Assembly: GCA_963737265.1 (NCBI GenBank)
Contig: CAVTRY010000009.1
Span: 1-63,412, forward strand
DNA length: 63,412 nucleotides
Direction of reading: 5' to 3'
Origin: an uncultured delta proteobacterium
GTDB taxonomy: Bacteria > Myxococcota_A > Polyangia > Fen-1088
Below the pieces are notes generated by a model. That model was not told the origin of the DNA. It saw only the letters and a list, made by a program, of their open reading frames with translations, and searched no databases. Shown piece by piece: positions 48,162-58,079 of this stretch (its first letter is position 1; the number at the start of each line of letters is the position of its first letter). Both the position numbers and the translations under genes were made by a program.

Positions 48162-50924
48162 TTACTTGGCCGCCGCCTTGGCCTTGGCCATATCGCCGGC
48201 TCTCACCTTGCTGAGCTTCTCCGGGTTCACGAATCGCTTTGCGGCGGCGTTGACGTCTGCCACGGTCAGGTTCTCGATCTTGCGGTTGAGGTCGCTCCAA
48301 TACGCGAAGGTGCGGCCGAGGAACAGTCCCTGGTTCAGCTCGCCCACGACGAAATCGTCCTCGGCGATGCGGCCCTCCCAGCCTTTGGCGTAGCTCTTCT
48401 TGGCGTCGGCCAACTCTTTCTCCGTCACGCCGCTTTTCACCATACTGTCGATCTCGGCGAGAAGGCCCGTCATGGCCTTGTTCATGTTCGTGGGCGCGGC
48501 AATGGCGCCGGCGAAGAAGAAGGCGCTCCTGTCGATGGGGTGGGCCAGCAGCTGCGAGAATGCGCCGTAGGAAATGCCTTCTTTCTGGCGCAAGCGCAGG
48601 AAGAGGCGCGAGCCCGGGCTGCCGCCCAGCATATAGTTGAACAAGTAGAGCGCGGGATAGGCGGGATCGTCGTCGCGCGCTTGCAGGGCCTGGCCCGCGG
48701 CTACGAATGCCATTTCCTTGTCAGGGGTGTCGATGCTGTCGTCGCCCGGCTTGCTTTCGCGGAAAACCAGCGGGATGCGCTGATAGGGCTTGGCAGATTT
48801 CCACGTGGCGATGGCCTTGCCGATGTCGGCCTTTATGGCGGTGGGGTCGAAGTCGCCGACGATCGAGAGTTGGGCCGCGCTCGCGCCCCACAGGCGCTTG
48901 TGCAGCGACGCCAGCTCGGCGGCGCTGACCTTGCGAATGCGCTCGATGGATTCCTTCACGGTGGGCGTGTAGCGGACATCGTCGGACGGGTAAGGCAGCA
49001 GATGCTGCATAAGCACCACACTGGCGTTGGCCATGGGATCGGACAGCTCCTCTTCCATCTTGGTGAGCATTTCCTTTTGGAGTGCTTCGAAGTCCTTTTT
49101 GGCAAAAGCCGGCTCGCGCAGCATCTCGCCCAGGAGCCCGATCACGGCGGGCAGGTTGTCGCGCACCGTCTTCACGTGCACCTGGGCCACGTTGACCGTG
49201 CTCGGCGAAAGGTGACCCTGGCCAAAGGTCACCTCGGCCTTGAGCACGTCGAGCTTGTCTTTCAGCTGTTCGAAACTGTATCTGCGCGTTCCCCGCAGCA
49301 GCATCTCGGGCAGCATGGCCGCGGCGGCGACCTTGCCCTTCACGTCGGCTTCGCTACCGTAGCGCACGGTCAGCGCCAGGTGCACCTGACCGCCCTTGGT
49401 TTTCTTGGGCAAAAGAGCCAACTTGAGCCCACCCGGAAGGTCCTCGCGCGTGGTGCGCTTTTCGATGTTCTCCACCGTGGCGACGAAGGCCTCGCCCACT
49501 TCGGATGCGGCCAATCCCTTGTAGTCCTTGAGCATGGCGGCCACGTCGGGGGTGGGCGGCAACGGCGCGCGGTCGGGCTCTTTGGTCGGCAAGAAGAGTC
49601 CCAGGGTTCGGTTCGACGGCTTGAGGTAGGCCTTGGCCACGCGCGCGACGTCCGATGCTGTGGTGGTCTTGACCCGGTCGCGGGTAAGGAACAGGAGGCG
49701 CCAATCGCCCATGGCCGCGAATTCGGATAGCACGATTCCGGTTTTGGCGGTCTCGGTCAGGATGAGATCGAATTCGCGGAAGAAGCCGGCGCGCCAGCGC
49801 TCGATTTCGTCCTTGGTGATGGGCGTCTGGCCGAGCGACTCGACAACCTTGGTCATGACATCGCGGACAGTGCTGGCCGACCCATTTTTGCCCACCTTGG
49901 CCGTAAAGATCATGACGCCTGGCTCGGCCATGGGGTAGGCCGTGCCGCTGACCTCGCTGGCTAGGCCTTTTTCGACGAGGGCCTTGTACAAACGGCCGCT
50001 CGGCTTGTTGGTCAGCACATCGACGATGGCATCCTCGGCCACTTTGTCCGGGTCGGCACCAGCGACGCCGTGGTAGGCCAGCGACACCAGGGTCACATCG
50101 CCGGCGCGACGGAGGGTCACCTGGCGCTCGCCGTCCTGCACCGGCTCGACCGTCCAGGTCGGCGCCAGCTTGCGCGCGGGGCGCGGAATGGCGCCGAAGT
50201 ACTTCACGATCAGATTCTTGGCGTGCGCCTGGTCGAATTTGCCGGCCACAATCAGGATGGCGTTGTCGGGCTGGTAATAACGCCGATAGAAGGCGCGCAG
50301 GTTCTCGATGGGCACGCGCTCGATGTCGCTGCGCGAGCCGATGGTGGATTTTCCGTAGTTGTGCCACTGGTAGGCGGCGGCCAACATCTTGTCTTCAAGG
50401 ACGATCTCGGGCTGGTTTTCGGTCTTCTCGAATTCGTTGCGCACGACCGAGAATTCCTTGGCCAAGTCCTCCGCCGCAATCTTGCTGGCCACCATGCGGT
50501 CGGCCTCAAGCGCGAGCGCGAAATCCAGGTTCTCGTTGCTTGCCGGCATTTCCTCGAAGTAGTTCGTGCGATCCCACCACGTGGTACCGTTGAAATTGGC
50601 GCCGTGGTCTTGCAACAGCTTCCACACGTCGGGGTGGCTGGGCGTGCCCTTGAACATCATGTGCTCGAGCAGATGCGCCATGCCGGTTTCGCCGTAACCC
50701 TCCAGGCGCGAGCCCACAAGATAGGTGATGTTCACCAGGACCGTGGGTTTGCTTTGGTCCGGGAAAACGAGGACACGCAGGCCGTTGTCCAGGCGATATT
50801 CAGTGATGCCTTCGACCGACCTGGTCTGGGCCAGGCGGACGGCTGGCTGGTCCGCCGCGAGGGCCGGGGCCGCAAGAGACAAGAACGACACGAGAGCGAG
50901 GCCGGGAACTAGACGCATGAACAT
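48162..50924 (-). CDS. M16 (pitrilysin-family) zinc peptidase, exported
   Basis: Signal peptide; AHLLEHMMFKGT (HxxEH), DRTNY, YYQPDNA, SRLFLRLRQKEGISY. Confidence 0.95.
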   Translation of the reverse strand: MFMRLVPGLALVSFLSLAAPALAADQPAVRLAQTRSVEGITEYRLDNGLRVLVFPDQSKPTVLVNITYLVGSRLEGYGETGMAHLLEHMMFKGTPSHPDVWKLLQDHGANFNGTTWWDRTNYFEEMPASNENLDFALALEADRMVASKIAAEDLAKEFSVVRNEFEKTENQPEIVLEDKMLAAAYQWHNYGKSTIGSRSDIERVPIENLRAFYRRYYQPDNAILIVAGKFDQAHAKNLIVKYFGAIPRPARKLAPTWTVEPVQDGERQVTLRRAGDVTLVSLAYHGVAGADPDKVAEDAIVDVLTNKPSGRLYKALVEKGLASEVSGTAYPMAEPGVMIFTAKVGKNGSASTVRDVMTKVVESLGQTPITKDEIERWRAGFFREFDLILTETAKTGIVLSEFAAMGDWRLLFLTRDRVKTTTASDVARVAKAYLKPSNRTLGLFLPTKEPDRAPLPPTPDVAAMLKDYKGLAASEVGEAFVATVENIEKRTTREDLPGGLKLALLPKKTKGGQVHLALTVRYGSEADVKGKVAAAAMLPEMLLRGTRRYSFEQLKDKLDVLKAEVTFGQGHLSPSTVNVAQVHVKTVRDNLPAVIGLLGEMLREPAFAKKDFEALQKEMLTKMEEELSDPMANASVVLMQHLLPYPSDDVRYTPTVKESIERIRKVSAAELASLHKRLWGASAAQLSIVGDFDPTAIKADIGKAIATWKSAKPYQRIPLVFRESKPGDDSIDTPDKEMAFVAAGQALQARDDDPAYPALYLFNYMLGGSPGSRLFLRLRQKEGISYGAFSQLLAHPIDRSAFFFAGAIAAPTNMNKAMTGLLAEIDSMVKSGVTEKELADAKKSYAKGWEGRIAEDDFVVGELNQGLFLGRTFAYWSDLNRKIENLTVADVNAAAKRFVNPEKLSKVRAGDMAKAKAAAK

Positions 50925-50942
50925 TCTCCTGATTTGGTGTGG

Positions 50943-51122
50943 CTAACCCGAGAAGAAGCGTGGCGAAAGCAGGCGACCGGCGCCGAGCATGGCGATGGCC
51001 AAGCCAGCCGCCGCGAGCACGGCTCCCACTAGATCGATGGGGCGGCGCTTTCCCGTCGTGAGCACCAGACCGTAGCCACACAGGGCAAGGCCAAGAACGA
51101 TGAGGATGATCGCGAGGGCCAT
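50943..51122 (-). CDS. 59-aa two-TM small membrane protein
   Basis: MALAIILIVLGLALCGYG...VGAVLAAAGLAIAMLGAG. Confidence 0.6.
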   Translation of the reverse strand: MALAIILIVLGLALCGYGLVLTTGKRRPIDLVGAVLAAAGLAIAMLGAGRLLSPRFFSG

Positions 51123-51158
51123 GGACTTGGGTGGAGAATCTTGATGTAAAATGGCCCA

Positions 51159-52226
51159 ATGTCCAAATCCGAAGCGTTCGCGCTGATCCTCGCCGGTGGC
51201 GGCGGCACGCGCCTGTGGCCGGCCTCGCGGCGAAGCCGGCCCAAACAATTGCTCGCCCTCGGCGGGGGCGAATCGCTCCTCGCCTCCACCTTTGGCCGAG
51301 TCAGTCGCGCGCTCGGGGTCGATCGCACGCTGATAGTGACCGCCGCCGACCAGGCCGACGCCATTCGCAGCGCCTTACCCGGCCTGCCGGCCGACAATTT
51401 GGTGGTGGAGCCAGCCGCGCGCAACACGGGGCCGGCGGTCGGGTTGGGCGCGGTGGCGGTGGCCCGTCGGGCTGGCGACGACGCTCGCCTGGCGGTGCTG
51501 CCGTCGGATGCCTTCATCGGCGACGAGCCTGAATTCGCCCGAGTCATGGGTACGGCCCTCGAACACGCGGCCGAGGCCATCGTCACTATCGGCATCAAGC
51601 CCACGCGTCCCGAGACCGGTTACGGCTACCTTCAGCGCGGCCCGGAGGCGCGAAATTCCGTCTATCGCGTGGCACGTTTTGTTGAAAAGCCCGATGCCGC
51701 GACAGCGGCAGCGTATCTGGCCGCTGGCGACTACCTGTGGAATTCCGGCATGTTCTTCTTCACTGCTCGTCGGTTTATGGAAGAGGCGACCCGCCATCTG
51801 CCGGCTCTGGCGGAGGTGCTGACGGAAATTCGCGGCGCCGCCGACGTGCTGGCCATGGCCGAGAGGCGCTACCCGTCGTTGCCCAAAATTTCCATCGACT
51901 ACGGCATCATGGAAAAGGCCAGCGGCATCCGCGTGGTGCCGGGCGATTTTGGCTGGAACGACGTGGGAAGCTGGTCGGCGCTGAGCGACATCCGCGACAA
52001 AGACGGCGCTGGCAACGTGGTCTCGGGCGATGTAGTCCTAAGCGCCGTGTCGGGCAGCGTGGTGGTGTGCGAACCGGGCGCGCCGCTGGTGGGTGTCGTG
52101 GGCGTCGACGACCTGGTGGTCGTGGCGACCAAGGACGCCGTGCTGGTGGTGCGCAAGGATCGCGCGCAGGAAGTACGGGCCGTGGTGGACGCGCTGGCGG
52201 CCCGCAAGCGCAATGAGCTTCTCTAG
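51159..52226 (+). CDS. manC: Mannose-1-phosphate guanylyltransferase
   Basis: ILAGGGGTRLWPASR..PKQ, EP.ARNT, PETGYGY, FVEKP, WNSGMF, SIDYGIME, WNDVGSW. Confidence 0.93.
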   Translation: MSKSEAFALILAGGGGTRLWPASRRSRPKQLLALGGGESLLASTFGRVSRALGVDRTLIVTAADQADAIRSALPGLPADNLVVEPAARNTGPAVGLGAVAVARRAGDDARLAVLPSDAFIGDEPEFARVMGTALEHAAEAIVTIGIKPTRPETGYGYLQRGPEARNSVYRVARFVEKPDAATAAAYLAAGDYLWNSGMFFFTARRFMEEATRHLPALAEVLTEIRGAADVLAMAERRYPSLPKISIDYGIMEKASGIRVVPGDFGWNDVGSWSALSDIRDKDGAGNVVSGDVVLSAVSGSVVVCEPGAPLVGVVGVDDLVVVATKDAVLVVRKDRAQEVRAVVDALAARKRNELL

Positions 52227-52242
52227 TTTTGGTGGCAAACAA

Positions 52243-53625
52243 ATGAATCCAAGAGTCTTTCGCGAGTACGACATCCGAGGTGTGGGTGAGCGGGATTTTC
52301 CCGACGATTTCGTGGCCGAGCTGGGCGACGCCATCGGCGAGCATTTGTATGAGGCGGGCGCTCGCCGCATCACCCTGGCGCGCGACTGCCGCCTGTCCTC
52401 GCCGCGCATTCACCGCGTGATGCGAAGCCGCCTGCTCGCCGCCGGGCTCGACGTGCAGGACATTGGCTTGGTCCACACGCCGGGCCTCTATTTTTCCGTG
52501 TTTCACCTGGAAGCCGACGGCGGCGTCATGATCACGGCCAGTCACAATCCCGAGGAAGACAACGGCTTCAAGGTCATGCGCGGCAAGGGCACCATCTTCG
52601 GCGCGGAAATTCAGGAGCTACGCAAGCGCATCGAGCGTCGTCACGCCGGCACCGAGGCCGCCAAGGTCGCGCCGGGCCAGGCGACCGATGTGGACATCCT
52701 CGCGCCGTACATTGCCCACGTCGTGAAGAACATTCATCCCGGCCCGCGCAAGCTCAAGGTCGTGGTCGACGCCGGCAACGGCATGGGCGGCATTGCTTGC
52801 GTGCCGATTCTGCACAAGCTCGGCTTCCAGGTCGAAGCGCTGTTTTGCGAGCCGGACGGGCGTTTCCCCAACCACCATCCCGATCCCACGGTTCCCGAGA
52901 ACCTGGCTGCTCTCGTTGCGCGTATCAACCAGACCGGCGCCGAGATCGGCATCGCCCTCGACGGCGACGCGGATCGCATCGGCGTGGTCGATCCCGCCGG
53001 ACGCATCGTGTGGGGCGATCAATTGCTGATGCTGTTTGCGAGAGAGATCCTGCGCGAGCGGCCGGGCGCGACCTTCGTCAGCGAGGTCAAGTGCAGCCAG
53101 GTGATGTACGACGACATTGCCGCGCACGGCGGCCGGGCCATCATGTGGAAGGTGGGCCACTCGCTCATCAAGACCAAGATGAAGGAAGAAAAGGCGGTGC
53201 TGGCGGGCGAGATGTCGGGCCACATGTTTTTCGCCGATCGCTATTTCGGCTTCGACGATGCGGTGTATGCCGCGGCTCGCGTGGTCGAGCTGCTGAGCCG
53301 GAGCGACAAGCCGCTGTCGGCCATTGTCGACGCGCTGCCGGTCGTGCACAACACGCCCGAGATTCGCGTCGATTGCTCCGACGACATCAAGTTCGAGGTG
53401 GTGAGGCGTGCCCTCCATCACTATAAGAAGCTCTACTCGGTGGTCGACGTGGACGGCGCGCGCATCAGTTTTGCCGGCGGTTGGGGCCTGGTCCGTGCCT
53501 CGAACACGGGGCCCGTGCTGGTGCTCCGGTGCGAAGCGGAAAGCCCGGCTCGATTGGCCGAGATACGCGCCGACCTCGAGGGCACGCTCTCGAAAATCAA
53601 GACCGACATCAGCGCCGGAAGCTGA
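52243..53625 (+). CDS. Phosphomannomutase/phosphoglucomutase
   Basis: FREYDIRG, TASHNP, DGDADR, GEMSGH, RASNT; ATG 52243. Confidence 0.95.
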   Translation: MNPRVFREYDIRGVGERDFPDDFVAELGDAIGEHLYEAGARRITLARDCRLSSPRIHRVMRSRLLAAGLDVQDIGLVHTPGLYFSVFHLEADGGVMITASHNPEEDNGFKVMRGKGTIFGAEIQELRKRIERRHAGTEAAKVAPGQATDVDILAPYIAHVVKNIHPGPRKLKVVVDAGNGMGGIACVPILHKLGFQVEALFCEPDGRFPNHHPDPTVPENLAALVARINQTGAEIGIALDGDADRIGVVDPAGRIVWGDQLLMLFAREILRERPGATFVSEVKCSQVMYDDIAAHGGRAIMWKVGHSLIKTKMKEEKAVLAGEMSGHMFFADRYFGFDDAVYAAARVVELLSRSDKPLSAIVDALPVVHNTPEIRVDCSDDIKFEVVRRALHHYKKLYSVVDVDGARISFAGGWGLVRASNTGPVLVLRCEAESPARLAEIRADLEGTLSKIKTDISAGS

Positions 53626-53646
53626 TCGCCCGAGCCCGGAGCAGCC

Positions 53647-55140
53647 GTGACTATCGCAGGACCTCGCCACGAACTCTATCACGAGATCTTCGGCTCGATT
53701 CTCGACCGCACCGAGATGACGCCGTACCTGCTTTTGCGATCGGCGACCTACCAGGTGGCGCTTCGGCAGGCAACGCGCATGATGGGCAACCGCGGCTTCG
53801 ACATCGCCGGCGCGGACGACCTGCGCCCGAGCGAAAAGGCGCGCGCGCAGTCCTACATCGAGCAAGTACGGCGGTATGTCCTCGACTTGCTTCTGCCCTT
53901 CTTGAGCAAGCAACTCGCCGAGCTGGCGGCCATGCAGTCAAAGAACTGCCCACTCTACAAAGAGTGTTTGAAAATCATGGGGCGCCTGGAGGCGGTCATC
54001 GCGGATCCCAAGTTCAGCGGTCTCGTGGAGGAAGATCCGCGCCATCTGTTCTTGCTCGCCTCTTCGCGCAAGTACCCCAATCTCTTTCGCGGCTACCGCG
54101 GCCGCGACCTCGTCATCCCGCTCGCGTGGCAGAGGATGGCCTGCGCCATGCTCAAGATGGGCCACCTCATCAAGTCGGTCGAAGAGGACAGCCAGGACAT
54201 CCACGACTATGCCCAGCTTGGTCTTTTCCTAGAAGCGCAGGGCCAAAGCCTCGACGATCTTTATAACTCCAACTGGGATCGGCCCGATCTTCTGCCGGAG
54301 GACGAGCCGGCGCAGCGGGCGTTCGTGAAGATTTCGGCCTTTTTTCACAAGTTGAAGGAGTCGATGACCTTCGACGCAGCGAAGGACTGTCTGGTCTTCA
54401 ACAGCGGGGACGGCGTCGAGGTCGACATCGTGGAGGTCAAGGCACGGCTCAAGAGCCCGGATAGCATGTTCACCAAGCTCGGCAAGAACCTGGAGGGCGA
54501 GGCGCACGACATTCGCGATATTCTCGCCATCACCTTCCTGCTCAGAAGCCGCGAAGACACCCTGACGCTGTTCCATGCGCTGCAAAAACGCGGCGTCATC
54601 TTGCAAGAGAACACCGTCTCGCATTCCATCACGCAGACGCTGTTCGACAGCCCAGACGACATGCTGGAAGCCGTGCGCCGCCTGACGGTCAACCTGGCCC
54701 GCAGCGAGGGCAGCTTGAAGCGACCGTCTGCACGACAGCTACGGGCGCAATCCCAGCAGTTTTTCGACGATCTCAACGTCAACGCGAGGAAAAATCTGGA
54801 TTCCGCATCGGGGCACCGGAAGTTTCAGTGCAAGATCAACTTTGCCCTGCCCATCCATCGCGACGCCGCAACCAATCGGATCCTCATTCCCGGTACCGCC
54901 GCCTACGTGGCACGGAACACGATTCGAACCAAAACGCAGCAACATACGCTGGGTGTCGAGCTGCGCATATCAGACGAACAGAGCTGGCAAGCGTCGGAAT
55001 GGAAAGGTGAATCTCATCACGACGCATACAAGTGCCGGCAGCTGCTTGCGCTCATGAATCGCCTGTTCGGTCCGCTTTTCAAATTTCCCCGCGAAGCCTT
55101 CAGGCAGCTGCGAAAAGACCAGAACCGTCTTTTTGTCTGA
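53647..55140 (+). CDS. Uncharacterised protein with RelA/SpoT synthetase-like motifs, distant relative of 22281-23453
   Basis: RLKSPDSMFTK, RDILAI, VELRISD, GESHHDAYKCRQ; colinear motifs with the TIGR04552-like ORF. Confidence 0.75.
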   Translation: MTIAGPRHELYHEIFGSILDRTEMTPYLLLRSATYQVALRQATRMMGNRGFDIAGADDLRPSEKARAQSYIEQVRRYVLDLLLPFLSKQLAELAAMQSKNCPLYKECLKIMGRLEAVIADPKFSGLVEEDPRHLFLLASSRKYPNLFRGYRGRDLVIPLAWQRMACAMLKMGHLIKSVEEDSQDIHDYAQLGLFLEAQGQSLDDLYNSNWDRPDLLPEDEPAQRAFVKISAFFHKLKESMTFDAAKDCLVFNSGDGVEVDIVEVKARLKSPDSMFTKLGKNLEGEAHDIRDILAITFLLRSREDTLTLFHALQKRGVILQENTVSHSITQTLFDSPDDMLEAVRRLTVNLARSEGSLKRPSARQLRAQSQQFFDDLNVNARKNLDSASGHRKFQCKINFALPIHRDAATNRILIPGTAAYVARNTIRTKTQQHTLGVELRISDEQSWQASEWKGESHHDAYKCRQLLALMNRLFGPLFKFPREAFRQLRKDQNRLFV

Positions 55141-55241
55141 TCTCGTCGCCTGGTTTTCCAAGGTGAATCGAGCAGAATAGAAGAATGCGGGCGCGTCCTT
55201 GTGGCCCCGCGTGCATCTAAAGAGGTGAAGAAGGTAAGGCC

Positions 55242-56327
55242 ATGTCCAACCCGGCTCTGTTTGAACCGACCACGCTAGGGAAGCTTTCGCTCAAGAATCG
55301 CATCGTCATGGCGCCCATGACCCGCAGTCGCGCCGTCGAGTCGAACACGCCCAACCAGCTCATGGCCGAATACTATGCCCAGCGCGCTGGCGCCGGCCTC
55401 ATCATTACGGAAGGCACGTCGCCTTCGCCCAACGGAACGGGATATGCGCGCATCCCCGGCATTTGGGCCAAGCACCAGGTCGCCGGCTGGAAGAAGGTGA
55501 CGGACGCCGTACATGCCAAGGGCGGGCGCATCTTCGTCCAGCTCATGCACACCGGCCGCGTCGGCCATCCTCTTAACCTGCCCGCTGGTGCCCAAGTCTT
55601 GGCGCCCAGCGCCGTGGCCGCCGAGGGCACCATGTTTACCGACGCGCAGGGCGCGCAGCCGTATCCCGTGCCGCACGCCATGAGCGAGCCCGAGGTGTGG
55701 GCCGCGGTCGACGAATATGCGCAGGCCGCGCGCAATGCCATGGCGGCCGGTTTCGACGGCGTCGAGTTGCACGGGGCGAACGGCTACCTGCTCGAACAAT
55801 TTCTCAGCCCGCACAGCAACCAGCGCGACGACGCGTGGGGCGGTTCGGTGGACAAGCGCATCGGTTTCGTGGTCGAAGTGGCCAAGCAAGTGACCGCCGC
55901 CATCGGCGCCGACCGGTTGGGGATTCGCCTGTCGCCGTACGGCGTGAACGCCGGCATGAAGGCCTATCCCGAGATCGACCAGACCTACGCCGAGCTCACC
56001 GCGCGCCTGGTGCCTTACGGACTTCAGTACATTCACCTCGTCGATCATTCGTCGATGGGGGCGCCCAAGGTGCCTGAACAACTCAAGCGCACCCTCCGGC
56101 GGGCCTGGCCGCGTACTTTCATTCTTGCCGGCGGCTTGGACCGCGCCACCGCCGAAGCGGCGCTTCGCGACGGCAAGGGCGACCTTTTCGCCTTCGCCCG
56201 CGCGTTCCTGGCCAACCCCAATCTGGTGACCCGCCTCGAACGCAATCTGCCCCTCAACGCGCCCGACCCGGCGACCTTCTACACGCCAGGGCCGAAGGGC
56301 TATATCGACTATCCGGCTCTGGCGTAG
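55242..56327 (+). CDS. Old yellow enzyme-family alkene reductase (NemA-like)
   Basis: NRIVMAPMTRSR, YYAQRA, GFDGVELHGANGYL, IRLSP, NPNL, GYIDYP. Confidence 0.95.
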   Translation: MSNPALFEPTTLGKLSLKNRIVMAPMTRSRAVESNTPNQLMAEYYAQRAGAGLIITEGTSPSPNGTGYARIPGIWAKHQVAGWKKVTDAVHAKGGRIFVQLMHTGRVGHPLNLPAGAQVLAPSAVAAEGTMFTDAQGAQPYPVPHAMSEPEVWAAVDEYAQAARNAMAAGFDGVELHGANGYLLEQFLSPHSNQRDDAWGGSVDKRIGFVVEVAKQVTAAIGADRLGIRLSPYGVNAGMKAYPEIDQTYAELTARLVPYGLQYIHLVDHSSMGAPKVPEQLKRTLRRAWPRTFILAGGLDRATAEAALRDGKGDLFAFARAFLANPNLVTRLERNLPLNAPDPATFYTPGPKGYIDYPALA

Positions 56328-56408
56328 CGGCGCCCCCTTAGCGGAAGCGGAAGACGTGGCGCCGGTCGCTGTCCAGCCGGCGCCGAAACCGACTGAACTC
56401 CGCACCGG

Positions 56409-56700
56409 AGGCGTTTCCTACACAGCGGAATCGCCAATCGAGCGCTGGTTCCGGCATTTTCACACGTCGGAACCGAAGAAACCGGTCCCGGAAGGCGTTT
56501 CCCCATTGTGGGAACCCCGGATCCCGACCGCGGACGGCGACTCCCACAATGGGAAGGTGGCAATCCCGAGCCCCATCGACGACTTCCCATTGCGGAAGCG
56601 CGAATCGCGACCAGGAAAGCCACATCCCGCAATGGGAAGATGGCGTCCGAGCTCGGAAAATGCGATTCCCACATGTAGGAACCGCATCCCCGGCCGAAAG
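56409..56700. repeat. Degenerate array, 7 units of ~42 bp with palindromic TTCCCA-n3-TGGGAA-like cores
   Basis: GGAA core ends at 56430, 56472, 56514, 56555, 56597, 56638, 56681. Confidence 0.75.
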
Positions 56701-56769
56701 TCGCCCGGTTCGCTTGGGGATTGCCCAAGGTCTTGCCCTTGAGGCCGGGGCAAGCGATGCTTGGCCCAC

Positions 56770-57107
56770 ATGTTGTCCACCCTGGAAATTCGTGGCTTCC
56801 GGACTTTTCGTGACCTCGGCTGGAGGTTGCTTGTTCGTCGACGAAATAGACACCGGGCTCCACTACTCGGTCATGGCGAAGATGTGGCACCTCCTCATCG
56901 AAACCGCGCGACGCCTCGATGTGCAGGTCTTTGCCTCGACCCATAGCCTCGACTGTCTTCAGGCGCTCGCCCGCGTGTGCCAAGAGAAGTCAGAATCTCG
57001 CTGGAGAGGTGGCGGTTCACCGCATCCAGAATGGCCAAGAAACGTCGACGTGCTACACGGCTGCCGAGCTTGCCCCTGCCGTGCGCCACGAGTTGGAGAT
57101 TCGATAG
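56770..57107 (+). pseudogene. Internally deleted, frameshifted ABC-type (AAA_15/AAA_21-like) ATPase
   Basis: MLSTLEIRGFRTFRDL joined out of frame to LFVDEIDTGLHYS...QVFASTHS, then another frame ending ELEIR*; Walker A absent. Confidence 0.8.
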
Positions 57108-57440
57108 GTGCCGCCAGCCAAATCGAGTCCCTTTCGTCTTCTCGTGGAAGGGAGAGACAACCTGCATTCGACCGCGAAACTACTCGAACGCCACGGCCAC
57201 AATTGGAACAACAATGCGCTCGCGCCATTCGTCTACGACTCTGGCGGCATTGATCCTCTCTTCGAGGCGCTGCCGCTGGCTCTCAAATCGTGTGTCCGTG
57301 TCGGCGTGGTCATTGATGCCGATTTGAATCTGACCCGTCGCTGGGCGCGGGCAGAGGCAATTCTGAAGGCGAATGGGATTGCGCCGCCGCCGTCCCTCAG
57401 CCAGCAAGGACTGGTCATTGGTCCCCGTGGTCGGGTTGGG
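57108..57440 (+). pseudogene. Truncated DUF3226-like (Toprim-like) protein
   Basis: LLVEGRDN, GVVIDAD...RRW; similarity stops after RVG and the ORF then reads antisense to the next gene. Confidence 0.7.
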
Positions 57441-57473
57441 AAGGCGCTGCGAAGGCAGCCGCCCCCAGGCTCG

Positions 57474-58079
57474 TCAACTCAGCGTAAACGGATAGCTGAG
57501 AATCTGGCTGGTGCCGGCGGCGGGGAAGCGCAGGCGGCCGAGAACTCCCTTGATGCAGCCGAAGAGGCCGTTGCGCTGCAAGATGGCGGGCGCTTCGACG
57601 CGCACGCCGCGCACGGTGCCGGCGCGCTGGATGCGAAATTTGATGGTCACGCGGCCGGGGACGTAGGTCTCGGGATCGGGCCGCGCGCGGGCGATGCACT
57701 CCAGGATGGCGGACTCCTGGCCGCGAAAGCGTTCGTCGATCTGGTCCTGGCTCAGCTCGGGCAATTCCTTGTCGTTCGACAGGTCGAGACGAAGCACGTC
57801 CGGGGTGGACAGGTCGTCGCCCTGGGCCACCGAGCGCAGATCCGCGGCCGACAAGCGCACCGGCTCGGGCTCGGGCTCGCCGATGGTGTCGGCGGCCGGA
57901 CCGTGCGCAACGCGGATGGCGCCGCGCCCGCGCTTCTTGATTTTCTTGCTGGCCGGCTGCACGCCGGCATCCGCAACGTGCGAGGTGAGCACCCCGACGC
58001 TGGGCCGGTGGTGTTGCCAGTAGAGGTAGGCGCCGAAACCGAGCCCCGCGACGATCAGGCCGAGAATAAAACCCTTCAT
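57474..58079 (-). CDS. Single-TM protein with AgmX/PglI-type (TonB-C-like) C-terminal domain
   Basis: N-terminal TM; ILECI...GRVTIKFRI...GCIKGVLGRLRFP...SYPF. Confidence 0.75.
   Translation of the reverse strand: MKGFILGLIVAGLGFGAYLYWQHHRPSVGVLTSHVADAGVQPASKKIKKRGRGAIRVAHGPAADTIGEPEPEPVRLSAADLRSVAQGDDLSTPDVLRLDLSNDKELPELSQDQIDERFRGQESAILECIARARPDPETYVPGRVTIKFRIQRAGTVRGVRVEAPAILQRNGLFGCIKGVLGRLRFPAAGTSQILSYPFTLS

Noticed and set aside
56409-56700. 42-bp array as a canonical CRISPR array
   Set aside because: Cores are only ~15-17 bp and degenerate, the period is too short, and there is no leader or cas gene
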